Shown: one piece after another, positions 1-11,439 of the stretch | Layout: every line of letters starts with the position of its first letter | Numbering within the stretch: position 1 is the stretch's first letter | NCBI RefSeq assembly: GCF_001194135.2 | Contig: NC_068986.1 | Span: 42,540,992 to 42,604,991, forward strand | DNA from: Octopus bimaculoides | Lineage: Eukaryota | Length of the DNA stretch: 64,000 nucleotides | Reading direction: 5' to 3' | Made by a program: the position numbers and the translations under genes | Notes under the pieces: generated by a model | The model's input: the letters and a program-made list of their open reading frames with translations, nothing else | What the model was told of the DNA's origin: nothing | Database searches by the model: none

Positions 1-26
1 TATATATATATATATATATCTACATG

Positions 27-58
<32 letters not shown>

Positions 59-76
59 TGTATGTATGTATGTATA
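1..76. repeat. (TA)n/(TATG)n microsatellite
   Basis: Direct reading; explains ORF 34..282 (MYVC repeats). Confidence 0.95.
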
Positions 77-207
77 TAAGTTGCAGGTCCTCTCTGTACC
101 TTACATTCATTAAATTATATGTTATTTCTATAAAGAAACCGTTGACAGTTTGGAGCTTCGGTCTAGTATTGTTCAATAATGCATACAGCAACATTGTTGC
201 CTTTCAG

Positions 208-255
208 ATATACGGAGTTTGTGCTGAATATAATAATACGCCATGTTCGCAAATG
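208..255 (+). CDS. Candidate penultimate exon of an unidentified upstream gene (YTEFVLNIIIRHVRK)
   Basis: Acceptor gttgcctttcag; weak donor TG|gtgcag; 48 nt, phase 2-2, joins in frame to exon 460-595. Confidence 0.25.
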
Positions 256-459
256 GTGCAGATAATCTGTAGTTGGTCATAGAAGCATAGAAATAAATAT
301 ATTCTGAAATTTGGTCTGTGGTATTCTTGCTATTACATTTATTGGGCCGTATTACATACTGTTTAATAAGGTACCGTTTAAGAATGCTAAATTGTCTACT
401 CTAAGAACCGAATATATTACAACCATCCATTTCAACCGTTGATTTCTCTCTATTTTTAG

Positions 460-595
460 TCGAGATGATATTGAAAATATTCTCTGCCTGCATCTAATTG
501 ATAGTTTACCAGTTTGGGTTGACAAATTTTATGATGCCTGTGTAACCAGCAGGAAATGTTTTGCTCCTCATTTCTCTGCAAATAATGATTCATAG
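460..595 (+). CDS. Candidate terminal coding exon of an unidentified gene (RDDIENILCLHLIDSLPVWVDKFYDACVTSRKCFAPHFSANNDS*)
   Basis: Strong acceptor tttctctctatttttag; one frame open for 44 codons to TAG while the other two stop early; non-repetitive sequence. Confidence 0.45.
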
Positions 596-799
596 TTCCA
601 CTTCGGATCAGGCTATTCTGGACGTGTAATTAATCGGTTAGTTTTTCCTATACCCCTTCCCATAATGAGAACCGTCTATACACATACATTCAAACCATCT
701 TTATTTCACACACACACACGCGCGCGCATACACTCACACATTTAAACTATATAATCAGTATTTTGCTCGCTAGGTCTTCTTATAATTTTTGTACTTTCA

Positions 800-1598
800 A
801 TGGAAACGAGCTGGCAGAAACGTTAGCACGCCAGGCGAAATGCTTAGCGGTATTTCGTCTGCCGTTACATTCTGTGTTCAAATTCCACCGAGGTAGACTT
901 TACCTTTCATCATTTCGGGGTCGATAAATTAAATACCAGTTGCGTGCTGTGGTTGATCTAATTGACTGGCCCCCTCCCCAAAAATTTTAGGCCTTGTGCC
1001 TAGAGTAGAAAAGAATATTTGTACTTTCACAAAGGCGGCGAGCTGGCAGAAGCGTTAGCACGCCGGACGAAATGCTTAGCGGTATTTCGTNNNNNNNNNN
1101 NNNNNNNNNNNNNNNNNNNNNNNNNNNNNNNNNNNNNNNNNNNNNNNNNNNNNNNNNNNNNNNNNNNNNAACGAGCTGGCAGAAACGTTAGCACGCCAGG
1201 CGAAATGCTTAGCGGTATTTCGTCTGCTGTTACGTTCTGAATTCAAATTCCGCCGAGGTCGACTTTGCCATTCATCCTTTCGGGGTCGATGAATTAAGTC
1301 CCAGTTACGCACTGGGGTCGATGTAATCGACTTAATCCATTTGTCTGTCCTTGTTTGTCCCCTCTATGTTTAGCCCCTTGCGGGCAATAAAGAAAAAAGA
1401 AATGTTAGCACGCCGGGCAAAATGCTTAGCGGTATCTCGTCTGTCTTTACATTCTGAGTTCAAATTCCGTCGAGGTCGACTTTGCCTTTCCTCCTTTCGG
1501 GGTCGATAAATGAAGTACCAGTTGCATACTGGCGTGGATTTAATTGACTGGCACCCTCCTCAAAATTTGGGGCCTTGTGCCTATAGTAGAAAAGAATA
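800..1598 (+). mobile_element. Tandem cluster of 4 SINE family A copies or fragments (GGCGAGCTGGCAGAA head), spanning a gap
   Basis: Repeated head cgagctggcagaa..gttagcacgcc..aaatgcttagcggtatttcgt, B-box-like GAGTTCAAATTCC, tail ggccttgtgcctagagtagaaaagaat; flanking 12-mer TTTGTACTTTCA at 788, 1018 and 1599. Confidence 0.9.
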
Positions 1599-2758
1599 TT
1601 TGTACTTTCACTTTCAAGTACAGCATTAAAAATAACCTAATAAGGATGAGTCGTATAGTTGCTCGGCTTGTTATTAATAGAAACCAAATCTTTGCCAAAA
1701 TTTACCTTAAATTGTCCAATGAGTCTAATGCCAACATGATCTTTTATGCAAAATTGATTTCAAATACCTTTATACTATTTTGTCTGCAACGTTTAGTATC
1801 AATAACTTAGGTAGCTTGCAATCATTATTAACATTCTAACCCAAATACCTTAATTATAAGTTGTAATCTCAAATTTCAAGTAAGCTCTAGACGATTGGCC
1901 ATAACAATCTTTTGGGGATTTATTAATTTAAATGCTGAATGCATGAAGAGAAAGCACTCAAACTACATTGTACAGTGCAGGTATTTATCATTAATTTACG
2001 ACACTAGTGTTAGTGACCAGTGATAATCAGATTAGAATTACACACATACACACATGCACGCACGCGCGCGCACACACATATATATACATATATGTATGTA
2101 TGTGTGTGTGTATGTATGTATGTATGTATATATAGATGTATATATAGATATTATTAAGCACCAAATATATTCAAATATGGCGCACTTATTTCTCTTTAAG
2201 AGGATTTAATAATAATTAACCCTGTTTTAATCATATAACGACAAACTGGATAACCAACTGATTTATTGCGATGCATACAATCTGTAAAAGGAAAGCAAAA
2301 TTCTTTAATTATCCATGACATATTAACTGTAAATATCTGTCATTTGTTCAAGATATAATTCATTTGCACTACAAGGCTTCAAAATTTCACAGTCAACAAT
2401 TCTATCTCTATTCAAATAATATTTAAATACTTCGCAACAGAAAATGCAAGAAACAGAGAACAAAAGTAACAAAATTGCGTGTTAACAAAATTTCTACTTA
2501 AGTATATTTTCACCGAGTAATTGGCCTTCTTTTAATTTTTCGTTTCTATATTTACTATTATCCAACGTTATACTGAAGGACTAAATTCTTGGAACGACAT
2601 TAGACTACAAGTCCGTATGTAATGAATGCATTATTGGTGTGACATTCATCAGTATTTCTGCGAAAGTCGCTTAAGTGATGGTTATTCTGCTAACATTCGA
2701 TAGGGTATTGTTTTCTAGGATCACAAGGCCGATAAAATTGTAAACTATACCAAAATCA

Positions 2759-2867
2759 TCACTCATATGCGAGTTTGGTAATATATACCACGCATGCTCT
2801 GCTCATTATTTCCGGAGCCCGTGTAGTCGCGACCAGAAACTGACACACTCTGAATCCTACAGAACCT
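2759..2867 (-). CDS. Candidate terminal exon of minus-strand gene (GSVGFRVCQFLVATTRAPEIMSRACVVYITKLAYE*)
   Basis: Pyrimidine-rich acceptor ctctctgtttccgtctgtcacatcctag; phase matches exon 3577-3671; minus-strand AATAAA at 2262-2267. An alternative acceptor at 2856 gives IQSVSVSGRDYTGSGNNEQSMRGIYYQTRI*. Confidence 0.25.
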
Positions 2868-2914
2868 CTAGGATGTGACAGACGGAAACAGAGAGCGTGA
2901 AGATATACACACAA

Positions 2915-2950
<36 letters not shown>

Positions 2951-3389
2951 NNNNNNNNNNNNNNNNNNNNNNNNNNNNNNNNNNNNNNNNNNNNNNNNNN
3001 NNNNNNNNNNNNNNNNNNNNNNNNNNNNNNNNNNNNNNNNNNNNNNNNNNNNNNNNNNNNNNNNCCTTGCTTCCCCACTCTCGCGTCCCCCACACCCCAT
3101 TACAACACAACACCACCTCCCCACCCCACTGCTGAATCGTGAAGTTACAGATACATGAACAAACCAATAGCAATTGTGAAGTGGTATGTATGTGAATGAA
3201 CGCATTTTTCCGTCTCCCAAATTCACTCACAAAGCATTGGTAGGCTCGTGCCGCCTCGTTGACCATACAACCATATCTGCGCCTGTGTATGTGTGTATTT
3301 CTAAGTGAAATTTTCCCTAAGTTGAACCAGGAGTCATTTTAAGAACTGAGAATATCATGTCAATGGTTTAAGTTATTCAAGATGTAATA

Positions 3390-3466
3390 GTATGCAGTAC
3401 TGAACTAACACCTTCAATGATAGAGTATGCAGTAACGAACTACCACCTTCAATGATAAAGTATGCA
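3390..3466. repeat. 35-bp tandem duplication (about 2.2 copies)
   Basis: gtatgcagta(c/a)(t/c)gaacta(a/c)caccttcaatgata(g/a)a repeated. Confidence 0.85.
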
Positions 3467-3576
3467 AAATCACACTGTTTGAATGGGTAACGAGACCAAT
3501 TTCTATTACGATATATTGAACATGATCAGCCTTTTATAGGCTCAGCACGTTAATCTGAAATGATTGGCCATCTTAC

Positions 3577-3671
3577 CTATCGTGTAAGTTTTGTACATTG
3601 GCTGAATATTGCGCAGGATTTGGATCGAAGATCCAATCACGATGCGCATAATGCCTTCTCAAACAACTAAT
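3577..3671 (-). CDS. Candidate internal exon of minus-strand gene (ISCLRRHYAHRDWIFDPNPAQYSANVQNLHD)
   Basis: Strong donor AG|gtaaga, acceptor catcttcag; 95 nt open, phase 0-2. It does not join directly to exon 6758-6857, so an intervening exon would be needed. Confidence 0.3.
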
Positions 3672-3854
3672 CTGAAGATGCTCTGGAGTCTACCTTCTTT
3701 CTATGAATTGATGTAACAAATCATCTATGGGCAGAGGGGTGAGCGATTTTCATGAAGGCGAGTCATGTTATTTTCCTTCCGTTTTTCACCAGAACAAAAT
3801 TAATATAACGGAGTACATGTAACCAACGACGGCCCGAGCTGAATTATCCAAACG

Positions 3855-3946
3855 ACCAGAATTCGTGATGTCTTTATTTTGTCCCATGTACTATATAACT
3901 ACCAGAATTTGTGATGTCTTTATTTTGTCCCCTGTACTATTTAATA
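3855..3946. repeat. 46-bp tandem duplication
   Basis: accagaatt(c/t)gtgatgtctttattttgtccc(a/c)tgtactat repeated twice. Confidence 0.9.
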
Positions 3947-4232
3947 AAGTCTCGCTGCATTTCTAAAGTTCGTTTCTTGTATTATTTTCCATGAGTGAAC
4001 TCGCAACATATATTATATAATGGTATGTAAGATTCCGTAGTAAAACCAAAGGTGACTTTATACAACACCATTAAAAATTTAGATAACAGAAATTCAAAAT
4101 TTTACGTCATCTGACGCCGGGGAAAATTATATAACAAAAATCATTCACAAGAAAATCCAATGAGGTATACTGAGAGTATAAATCAAGACATCATATAAAA
4201 AATTTCCATTATATTTCGGAAGAGTCGTAACT

Positions 4233-4590
4233 GTTGTTGGCACTCCGTCGCTTACGACGTCGAGGGTTCCAGTTGATCTGATCAACGGAACAGCCTGCTC
4301 GTGAAATTAACGTGCAAGTGGCTGAGCACTCCACAGACACGTGTACCCTTAAAGTAGTTCTCGGAGATATTCAGCGTAACACAGTGTCACAGGCACAACA
4401 GAAACAGGAAGTAAGAGTGAGTTGTAGTGGAAGAGTACAGCAGGATTCGCCACCATCCCCTGCCGGAGCCTCGTGGAGCTTTAGGTGTTTTCGCTCAATA
4501 AACACTCACAGCGCCTGGTCTGGGAATCGAAACTGCGATCCTATGACCGCGAGTCCGCTGCGCTAACCACTGGGCCATTGCGCCTCCACT
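4233..4590 (-). mobile_element. Full-length tRNA-head SINE family C with 12-bp TSD
   Basis: Reverse-strand head GGAGGCGCAATGGCCCAGTGG (A box) and GTTTCGATTCC (B box); TSD AGAGTCGTAACT at 4221-4232 and 4591-4602. Confidence 0.92.
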
Positions 4591-5559
4591 AGAGTCGTAA
4601 CTAATAAGGCCTATAAACGCATTTGCTGGTTGTTATTTTGGTTATATTTCCCTTATTTTTCACCACATCTATCCGTTGCCTTTTCAAATGCTCGGTTTTT
4701 AACTAAACATTTATACTGATGACGTTATTCGTTTAATTTGCTTTCTTTTGTCGTTGCCAATACAAGAACACACATGTGTATGAAGGCGGGTGCGTGTGTA
4801 TTGTTTGGTCTTCATTATTTTTTAGACATATTTTATCACGATATTACTATTGCTTTAATCTGGTGGTGGGTGTTGTAGTTAAGGTGTATTGTTACACCAC
4901 TCGTTCTTTCTAAATATGTAGGTCTGCTTCCTGTATTTGTATAGCTTCTGTAATTTATCTTGATGTGGGTCATTTGGGTAAATGGAAATAATTTTTTATC
5001 GAACCATTGTGTTTTTGTATGGCATGTTGATAGAATGCAGACATTTGTTTCTTTACATTGTATTCCCGCAAGTATTCAGCAGTTATTTCACGTAAATTGA
5101 GGGCTGTTTCTCCTACGTAGGTTATGATGATGTCCTTATATTAACTCTCTCGAGTTACATAACTTCTCTGGTTTTGTAGTTTAATTTTCGGTTGGTTGTG
5201 CACGCTCTGCAGTTGTTGTAGTACCGTGGTATTCCCTTAAATAGGTATGACTTGCATTATAATGAGTAGGTTAGTGGATTTGTCTGTGTTTTTCTACTTT
5301 TTAAATTTAAAATTAGTGTCATTAGTGCCTTTCTAAATTTACGAGTTAGTTCTCATCTGGACGTGCTACTGATAAACATTATATTTGCTTTTGTAATACT
5401 TGGGATTTGTTTTTGCCATATCAGAAGATTTTCTTGTCTAGCATTTTTCTTTTTCTGTCCAGTCTGTTCCAAAATTTACCCCGGTATATGAGGCACACTC
5501 TTTCAGCAACATTTCCAACTTCTCTCCACACACTTATCCGTTCTCGTTGGTTATATTCT

Positions 5560-5770
5560 TTTCTACCATAGGCACAAGGCCTGAAATTTTGGGGGAGGGG
5601 GCCAGTCGATTAAATCAACCCCAATACGCAACTGGTATTTAATTTATCGATACCGAAAGGAGGAAAGGCAAAGTCGACCTCGACGGAATTTGAACTCAGA
5701 ACGTAACAGCAGACGAAATACCGCTAAGCATTTCGCCCGGCGTGCTAACGATTCTGCTAGCTCATCGCCT
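5560..5770 (-). mobile_element. SINE family A inserted in the Penelope relic, about 19-bp TSD
   Basis: Reverse complement of family A; TTCTC(G/A)TTGGTTATATTCT at 5541-5559 and 5771-5789. Confidence 0.92.
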
Positions 5771-5960
5771 TTCTCATTGGTTATATTCTGAGAATAGTAT
5801 GTGAAAGGTGAAATCATTCTTTCTCTATTCACCAGATTGACATATAAGATGCATTTCTCATGATCCTTACTAGATCTGCTCTCAAAATGTTTAATTTTGC
5901 ATTTGTTAATTTACTAGAGCTCTTGAGGACCAGGTGCTCATTGGCCATAGGTTGCATATA

Positions 5961-6166
5961 CTGTATTTTCCGGCATACAAGTCGACATAGTATATAGTGT
6001 AAACAAGTAGTGCAAACATTTAAAGATAATTACTATTTTTCCAAATCCTGCTGAATTTTACTTGATAATTTTGGCCTTCCTAGGGAGTCTGGGTGTATAA
6101 GTCGACCTACCAATTTTTGCCCTAAATTTTGATCTAAAAAGTTCGATTTGTGTGCTGAAAAATATG
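5961..6166. mobile_element. pogo/Tc1-mariner-type MITE in TA
   Basis: TA-flanked degenerate TIRs ctgtattttccggcatacaagtcgac / gttcgatttgtgtgctgaaaaatatg; removing it rejoins the PLE reading frame. Confidence 0.7.
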
Positions 6167-6356
6167 TAATACAACTAAAGGATTTGTGCCTTAATTCTGT
6201 GTCTAGAACTAGTAGTCTTTTGTTCGGGTGTTTGGGTAGATAATCTACAGAAGACCGTGCTGAAATTTTTCCATAGTATATTTTTTCTATTTCCCGGATT
6301 TCATCTTTTAGAGTGATCTTAATAACATGCTTATGTCATATATATTTCGAAAGAAC

Positions 6357-6426
6357 ATTACTAGAGAGTATATCACTAGAGAGTATATCACTAGAGAGTA
6401 TATTACTAGAGAGTACATTACTAGAG
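6357..6426. repeat. 15-bp minisatellite (at(c/t)actagagagta(t/c)), about 4.7 copies
   Basis: Direct reading; gives the ITREY repeats in ORF 6327..6725. Confidence 0.95.
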
Positions 6427-6757
6427 GTTTTAATTTCTCTTTCAGATACCGTTTGAATTATCTCACCATACGCATAGGTACATATTTAAATACGTCTGTA
6501 TGTATACATATGTCTATATATTTATGTATGTATATATGCGTGTACGTGTGCATATATGTACGCATCTGTCTATTTATCTATCTTTCTTCCTTTCTTTCTT
6601 CCTTTCATTCTTTCATTCTTTCATTCTTTCTCTCTCTCTGTCTCTCTGTCTCTCTGTATATATATANNNNNNNNNNNNNNNATATATATATATATATATA
6701 CATACATACCCATATATATATATAGCAACAACCACGTGTGTAAATCAATAAACTTAC

Positions 6758-6857
6758 ATTTGGTTTTTAGAATGTGTATCGTACGATACAGACCAGAAGG
6801 TGATATTTCAAACGCAGTATTGCCATTAAAACAGTAGAAAAGTTGGGTATAATTACC
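6758..6857 (-). CDS. Candidate internal exon of minus-strand gene (GNYTQLFYCFNGNTAFEISPSGLYRTIHILKTK)
   Basis: Acceptor actttttccatcttgtaag, perfect donor gtaagt; only one frame open; phase 0 matches the upstream exon ending at 8827. Confidence 0.45.
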
Positions 6858-6904
6858 CTTACAAGATGGAAAAAGTTGACAACAGCCACACACACATACA
6901 TACA

Positions 6905-6935
<31 letters not shown>

Positions 6936-7276
6936 GTGTGTATGTAAATATATACATATACATGCATGCACGCGTCTATTTATTCTTATAGTGATATTAG
7001 TCCCGTGGTTAACAGCTTGAACATCAATGTGAGCAACATATGAAGATTTATTTTTGAAAACCAAAATAGCCAATCCCCTGAAGGATAAATTTCACTGCAA
7101 TATTATATTTGTTTACAAGACATATGTATGTGATTCCATATATAGATTTATTCAAAACCTAGACTGACTATGTGCACCAGCTATTTAAAAATTAAACAAA
7201 TCTACACGTCCACTTTCGGGATTGACTTTTCTCTTGAATGTCAGATTTAAAACTTTAGCGCTGCCACCATCAACGT

Positions 7277-7508
7277 TTGTTGGCACTCCGTCGCTTACGA
7301 CGTTGAGGGTTCCAGTTGATCTGATCAATGGAACAGCCTGCTCGTGAAATTAACGTTCAAGTGGCTGAGCACTCCACAGACACGTGTACCCTTAACGTAG
7401 TTCTCGGGGATATTCAGCGTGACACAGTGTGACAAGGCTGACCCTTTGAATTACAGGCACAACAGAAACAGGAAGAAAGAGTGAGAGAAAGTTGTGGTGA
7501 AAGAGTAC
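7277..7508 (-). mobile_element. SINE family C, 3' part (runs into gap)
   Basis: Near identical to 4233-4440. Confidence 0.9.
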
Positions 7509-8232
7509 NNNNNNNNNNNNNNNNNNNNNNNNNNNNNNNNNNNNNNNNNNNNNNNNNNNNNNNNNNNNNNNNNNNNNNNNNNNNNNNNNNNNNNNNNNNN
7601 NNNNNNNNNNNNNNNNNNNNNNNNNNNNNNNNNNNNNNNNNNNNNNNNNNNNNNNNNNNNNNNNNNNNNNNNNNNNNNNNNNNNNNNNNNNNNNNNNNNN
7701 NNNNNNNNNNNNNNNNNNNNNNNNNNNNNNNNNNNNNNNNNNNNNNNNNNNNNNNNNNNNNNNNNNNNNNNNNNNNNNNNNNNNNNNNNNNNNNNNNNNN
7801 NNNNNNNNNNNNNNNNNNNNNNNNNNNNNNNNNNNNNNNNNNNNNNNNNNNNNNNNNNNNNNNNNNNNNNNNNNNNNNNNNNNNNNNNNNNNNNNNNNNN
7901 NNNNNNNNNNNNNNNNNNNNNNNNNNNNNNNNNNNNNNNNNNNNNNNNNNNNNNNNNNNNNNNNNNNNNNNNNNNNNNNNNNNNNNNNNNNNNNNNNNNN
8001 NNNNNNNNNNNNNNNNNNNNNNNNNNNNNNNNNNNNNNNNNNNNNNNNNNNNNNNNNNNNNNNNNNNNNNNNNNNNNNNNNNNNNNNNNNNNNNNNNNNN
8101 NNNNNNNNNNNNNNNNNNNNNNNNNNNNNNNNNNNNNNNNNNNNNNNNNNNNNNNNNNNNNNNNNNNNNNNNNNNNNNNNNNNNNNNNNNNNNNNNNNNN
8201 NNNNNNNNNNNNNNNNNNNNNNNNNNNNNNNN
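7509..8232. other. Largest of 12 assembly gaps (others begin at 1091, 2951, 6667, 10106, 11083, 14764, 27112, 31208, 35488, 48352, 50629)
   Basis: N runs; 9 of 12 abut (TA)n tracts. Exons could be hidden in them. Confidence 0.99.
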
Positions 8233-8255
8233 ATATATATATATATATATAAATG

Positions 8256-8502
8256 TTTCCTTCTCGAACCACACCAGGCACACGAGGACAGGTTTCCCGG
8301 TTTCAATGGTGTATATATTCCCCACCTGGACGGGATGCCGGTCCGTCGCTGGATTACTCACTATTGCCAGCTAAGTGAACTGGAGCAACGTGAAATGAAG
8401 TGTTTTTCTCAAGAACAAGACGCGTTGCCCGGTCCAGGAATCGATATCACGATCTTGCAATCATGCGTCCAACGCCAGAACCACTAAGCTACGCGCCTCC
8501 AC
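8256..8502 (-). mobile_element. tRNA-head SINE (family D type)
   Basis: Reverse head GGAGGCGCGTAGCTTAGTGG, B box ATCGATTCC, central ttgttcttgag..cacttcatttcacgttgctccagttcac shared with 26200-26497. Confidence 0.8.
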
Positions 8503-8826
8503 TTATGAGTGTGCGTGTGTGTGTGTGTGCATTTAAACACACACACATTTTGGTTATAACCAAAAGGCTATAATACATGAGTAGGTGCGTGTATGTAGGC
8601 CTGCATGTGCTTTGTTATCCCGTATGAAAGAGAGAGTTAATTTCATTATGAATGCTTTGAAGGTAACTTTTTCTTAAAAGATAGTTTCATCTAGTCAGAT
8701 ATAAAATATATCTCTTTTTCAGTCCAGTCATCCGATCCAGGCAGATCTATTTCTAACTCTATATAACTGACAGCCTTGTGCTGCTGGGCGCAAAGAGATT
8801 TTATCTATTTTCTATTTTTACATTAC

Positions 8827-9006
8827 CTGACGAGAAATGCAGGCCTCGAAGCACGATGTAATATCAGACATTTTCCATTCATGTTGTGCATCAGAAGTTG
8901 AATCTATCCGTTTGTTCTTTCTCTCTATAGACTTAGTGTCATAGCATCTGTGAGGGACCGTGCGATGCAAGGTGACAAGAATGAGTCTTTAGTACATCAC
9001 ACAACC
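8827..9006 (-). CDS. Candidate first coding exon of minus-strand gene (AAAATG start, MSDITSCFEACISRQ)
   Basis: Acceptor tttttatatttcttgtaag, donor CAG|gtaatg. No frame is open across the whole exon, so it is either part UTR or uses the internal acceptor ccctcacag. Confidence 0.35.
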
Positions 9007-9504
9007 CTTACAAGAAATATAAAAAGAATAATACATATATGTGCCAGAGGGAAAAAGAGAGATACAACCGAGTAGAATGTTTAAGAGAAGATTTATTGAT
9101 GTTAACATGTGTATTTGTGTGTGCGTCGTGTGTACAGAATAATAGACAGGCCATCATGAGAACAAAGTGTATGTGTGTATAGACATGGATGTATGTATGC
9201 GTGTTTGTTAAGTACATATAAGAATAGCAATGAAGAAGACAATGGCAGAGTCTATAATGAGAAGTTAGACGAATGTACATAGACACAAGATTGAGAAATA
9301 CCAGTTCGTAATCAATTATACACGGTAGTTGAAATACTGTATCAAGAAGTTGCGGCCATGATGTTAATCCGGTTGCGGTACATGTACGTGAAGTTGTGGC
9401 TGTAATGCTGCTACCTGGATCACTTGGTACAGGAGTTCTCGCTGGTTGTATATTTGCTGTTGATCCATGGTGACGTAATTCACGAACAGTGATGTTGAAA
9501 TGCC

Positions 9505-10105
9505 AATGAAGGAAATCCTCCTCCACATGTAACAGTTGGAAAAAGGCAACATGCGTCAGATGCTTCTTTTGGCTGTCTCCACACTTATACTCTGCCGGTG
9601 GTCGGAAATAAGGTAAAGATGACTCGTCCGAGAAAATAATATTCTTCCACTATTCTAGGGACCAGTTCTTTAGTTTTTTTTATTTTTTATTACTCCACTC
9701 TAAACGCATTGCAACGTTTGTTTTTGAAAGTAGTGGTTTTCTGATTGCAGCCCACTCGTGAAATCCGGCTTTGTGCAGCTCCCGGTGAACAGATTTTGTT
9801 GAAACTGGGTTCTCGAGGTGGTCATTAAGTTCTGCAGTAATTTTGTGATTTTTTTTTTTTTTTTGTGATCCTTTCTAACAATTCATGTATAGTCCGACAG
9901 TCCCTGTTTGAAAGTTTTGGTTTTCTTCTGGAGTTTTGTTTCGACGAGGAGATTTTTCCCTTTTTCTCAAAGGCTGTCATTACTTTCGAGACAGTACTTC
10001 TTGATACACCAAACATTTCGGTTGTTTTCGTTACGTTAGCGCCTGCCATACGAGCATCAACAATTTGACTTCTTTGAAAGTCCGATAAATCCGTCATTTT
10101 AACGA
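9505..10105 (-). mobile_element. Tc1-type transposase relic (N-terminal HTH to first catalytic D), truncated by gap
   Basis: MTDLSDFQRSQIVDARMAGANVTKTTEMFGVSRSTVSKVM..., then IFSDESS and VWRQPKEA...PTVTCGGG, matching Tc1 motifs SDES and PTVKHGGG; frameshifted. Confidence 0.88.
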
Positions 10106-10431
10106 NNNNNNNNNNNNNNNNNNNNNNNNNNNNNNNNNNNNNNNNNNNNNNNNNNNNNNNNNNNNNNNNNNNNNNNNNNNNNNNNNNNNNNNNNNNNNNN
10201 NNNNNNNNNNNNNNNNNNNNNNNNNNNNNNNNNNNNNNNNNNNNNNNNNNNNNNNNNNNNNNNNNNNNNNNNNNNNNNNNNNNNNNNNNNNNNNNNNNNN
10301 NNNNNNNNNNNNNNNNNNNNNNNNNNNNNNNNNNNNNNNNNNNNNNNNNNNNNNNNNNNNNNNNNNNNNNNNNNNNNNNNNNNNNNNNNNNNNNNNNNNN
10401 NNNNNNNNNNNNNNNNNNNNNNNNNNNNNNN

Positions 10432-10473
<42 letters not shown>

Positions 10474-10476
<3 letters not shown>

Positions 10477-10850
10477 CCTGTTTCAGTCATTAGACTGCAG
10501 CCATGTTGAGGCACCGCCTTGAACTTTTAGTGGAATGAATCGATCCCAGTACTTATTTTAAAGCCTTGTACTTATTCCGTTGGCTTCTTTTGCCCAACCG
10601 TTAAGTTACAGGGACGTAAACATATCCATACCGGTTGTCAAGTGGTGATGGAGGGAAACATAGACACACACATAGATATATACATATATTTATAAGACGG
10701 GCTTCTTTCAGTTTTCGTCTACCAAATCCACTTATCAGGCTTTGGTCGGCCCAAGGCTATAGCAGAAGATACTTGCCCAAGGTGCCACGAAGTGGGACTG
10801 AACTCGGAACAATGTGGCTAGGAAGAAGTTTCTTACCACACAACCACTTC
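10474..10850 (-). mobile_element. SINE family B (internal microsatellite slot), followed by an inverted head fragment at 10857-10930
   Basis: Reverse complement of the 46841-47290 family. Confidence 0.85.
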
Positions 10851-11378
10851 TTGGCACGTGGCTGTGTGGTAAGCAGTTTCTTTCCCAACCACATGGTCCT
10901 TGGTTCAGTCTCACCTTGAGCAAGTACTTGTGCTCTCTCTCTCTCTGTCTATATATATATATATGTGTATATATATACAAAAATAAGAGGAATGACCAGC
11001 AAAAGTCATAGAACCACTGGTTCTAATTGATTAATATCAATTTCTACCCTCATAGATAAATTTTATGTATATATATATATATNNNNNNNNNNNNNNNNNN
11101 NNNNNNNNNNNNNNNNNNNNNNNNNNNNNNNNNNNNNNNNNNNNNNNNNNNNNNNNNNNNNNNNNNNNNNNNNNNNNNNNNNNNNNNNNNNNNNNNNNNN
11201 NNNNNNNNNNNNNNNNNNNNNNNNNNNNNNNNNNNNNNNNNNNNNNNNNNNNNNNNNNNNNNNNNNNNNNNNNNNNNNNNNNNNNNNNNNNNNNNNNNNN
11301 NNNNNNNNNNNNNNNNNNNNNNNNNNNNNNNNNNNNNNNNNNNNNNNNNNNNNNNNNNNNNNNNNNNNNNNNNNNNNN

Positions 11379-11439
<61 letters not shown>

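Larger units (their letters stand above)
4860..6330 (-). mobile_element. Decayed Penelope-like retroelement (RT C-terminus plus GIY-YIG endonuclease), interrupted by a SINE and a MITE
   Basis: Manual minus-strand translation gives HPNKRLLVLDTE, MQPMANEHLVLKSSSKLTNAKLNILRADLVRIMRN, YRGKFWNR, TYVGETALNLRE, SAFYQHAIQKH and ITEAIQI, in the order expected for a PLE; frameshifts and stops present. Confidence 0.8.

Noticed and set aside
107-205. Minus frame MLLYALLNNTRPKLQTVNGFFIEITYNLMN before a gtaagg donor, faintly like a chemoreceptor C-terminus
   Set aside because: No good acceptor, similarity only superficial, and it abuts better-supported + strand exons.
7392-8374. Longest ORFs in the track (also 9825..10514, 27094..28005, 35229..36277)
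   Set aside because: Open only because they run through N gaps and (TA)n tracts; real coding content is limited to transposon fragments.
9500-9590. Minus frame ...DACCLFPTVTCGGGFPSLAFQHHCS* resembling an insulin A-chain cysteine pattern
   Set aside because: Cysteine spacing is wrong, and the peptide is the Tc1 transposase motif VWRxPKEA...PTVKHGGG.
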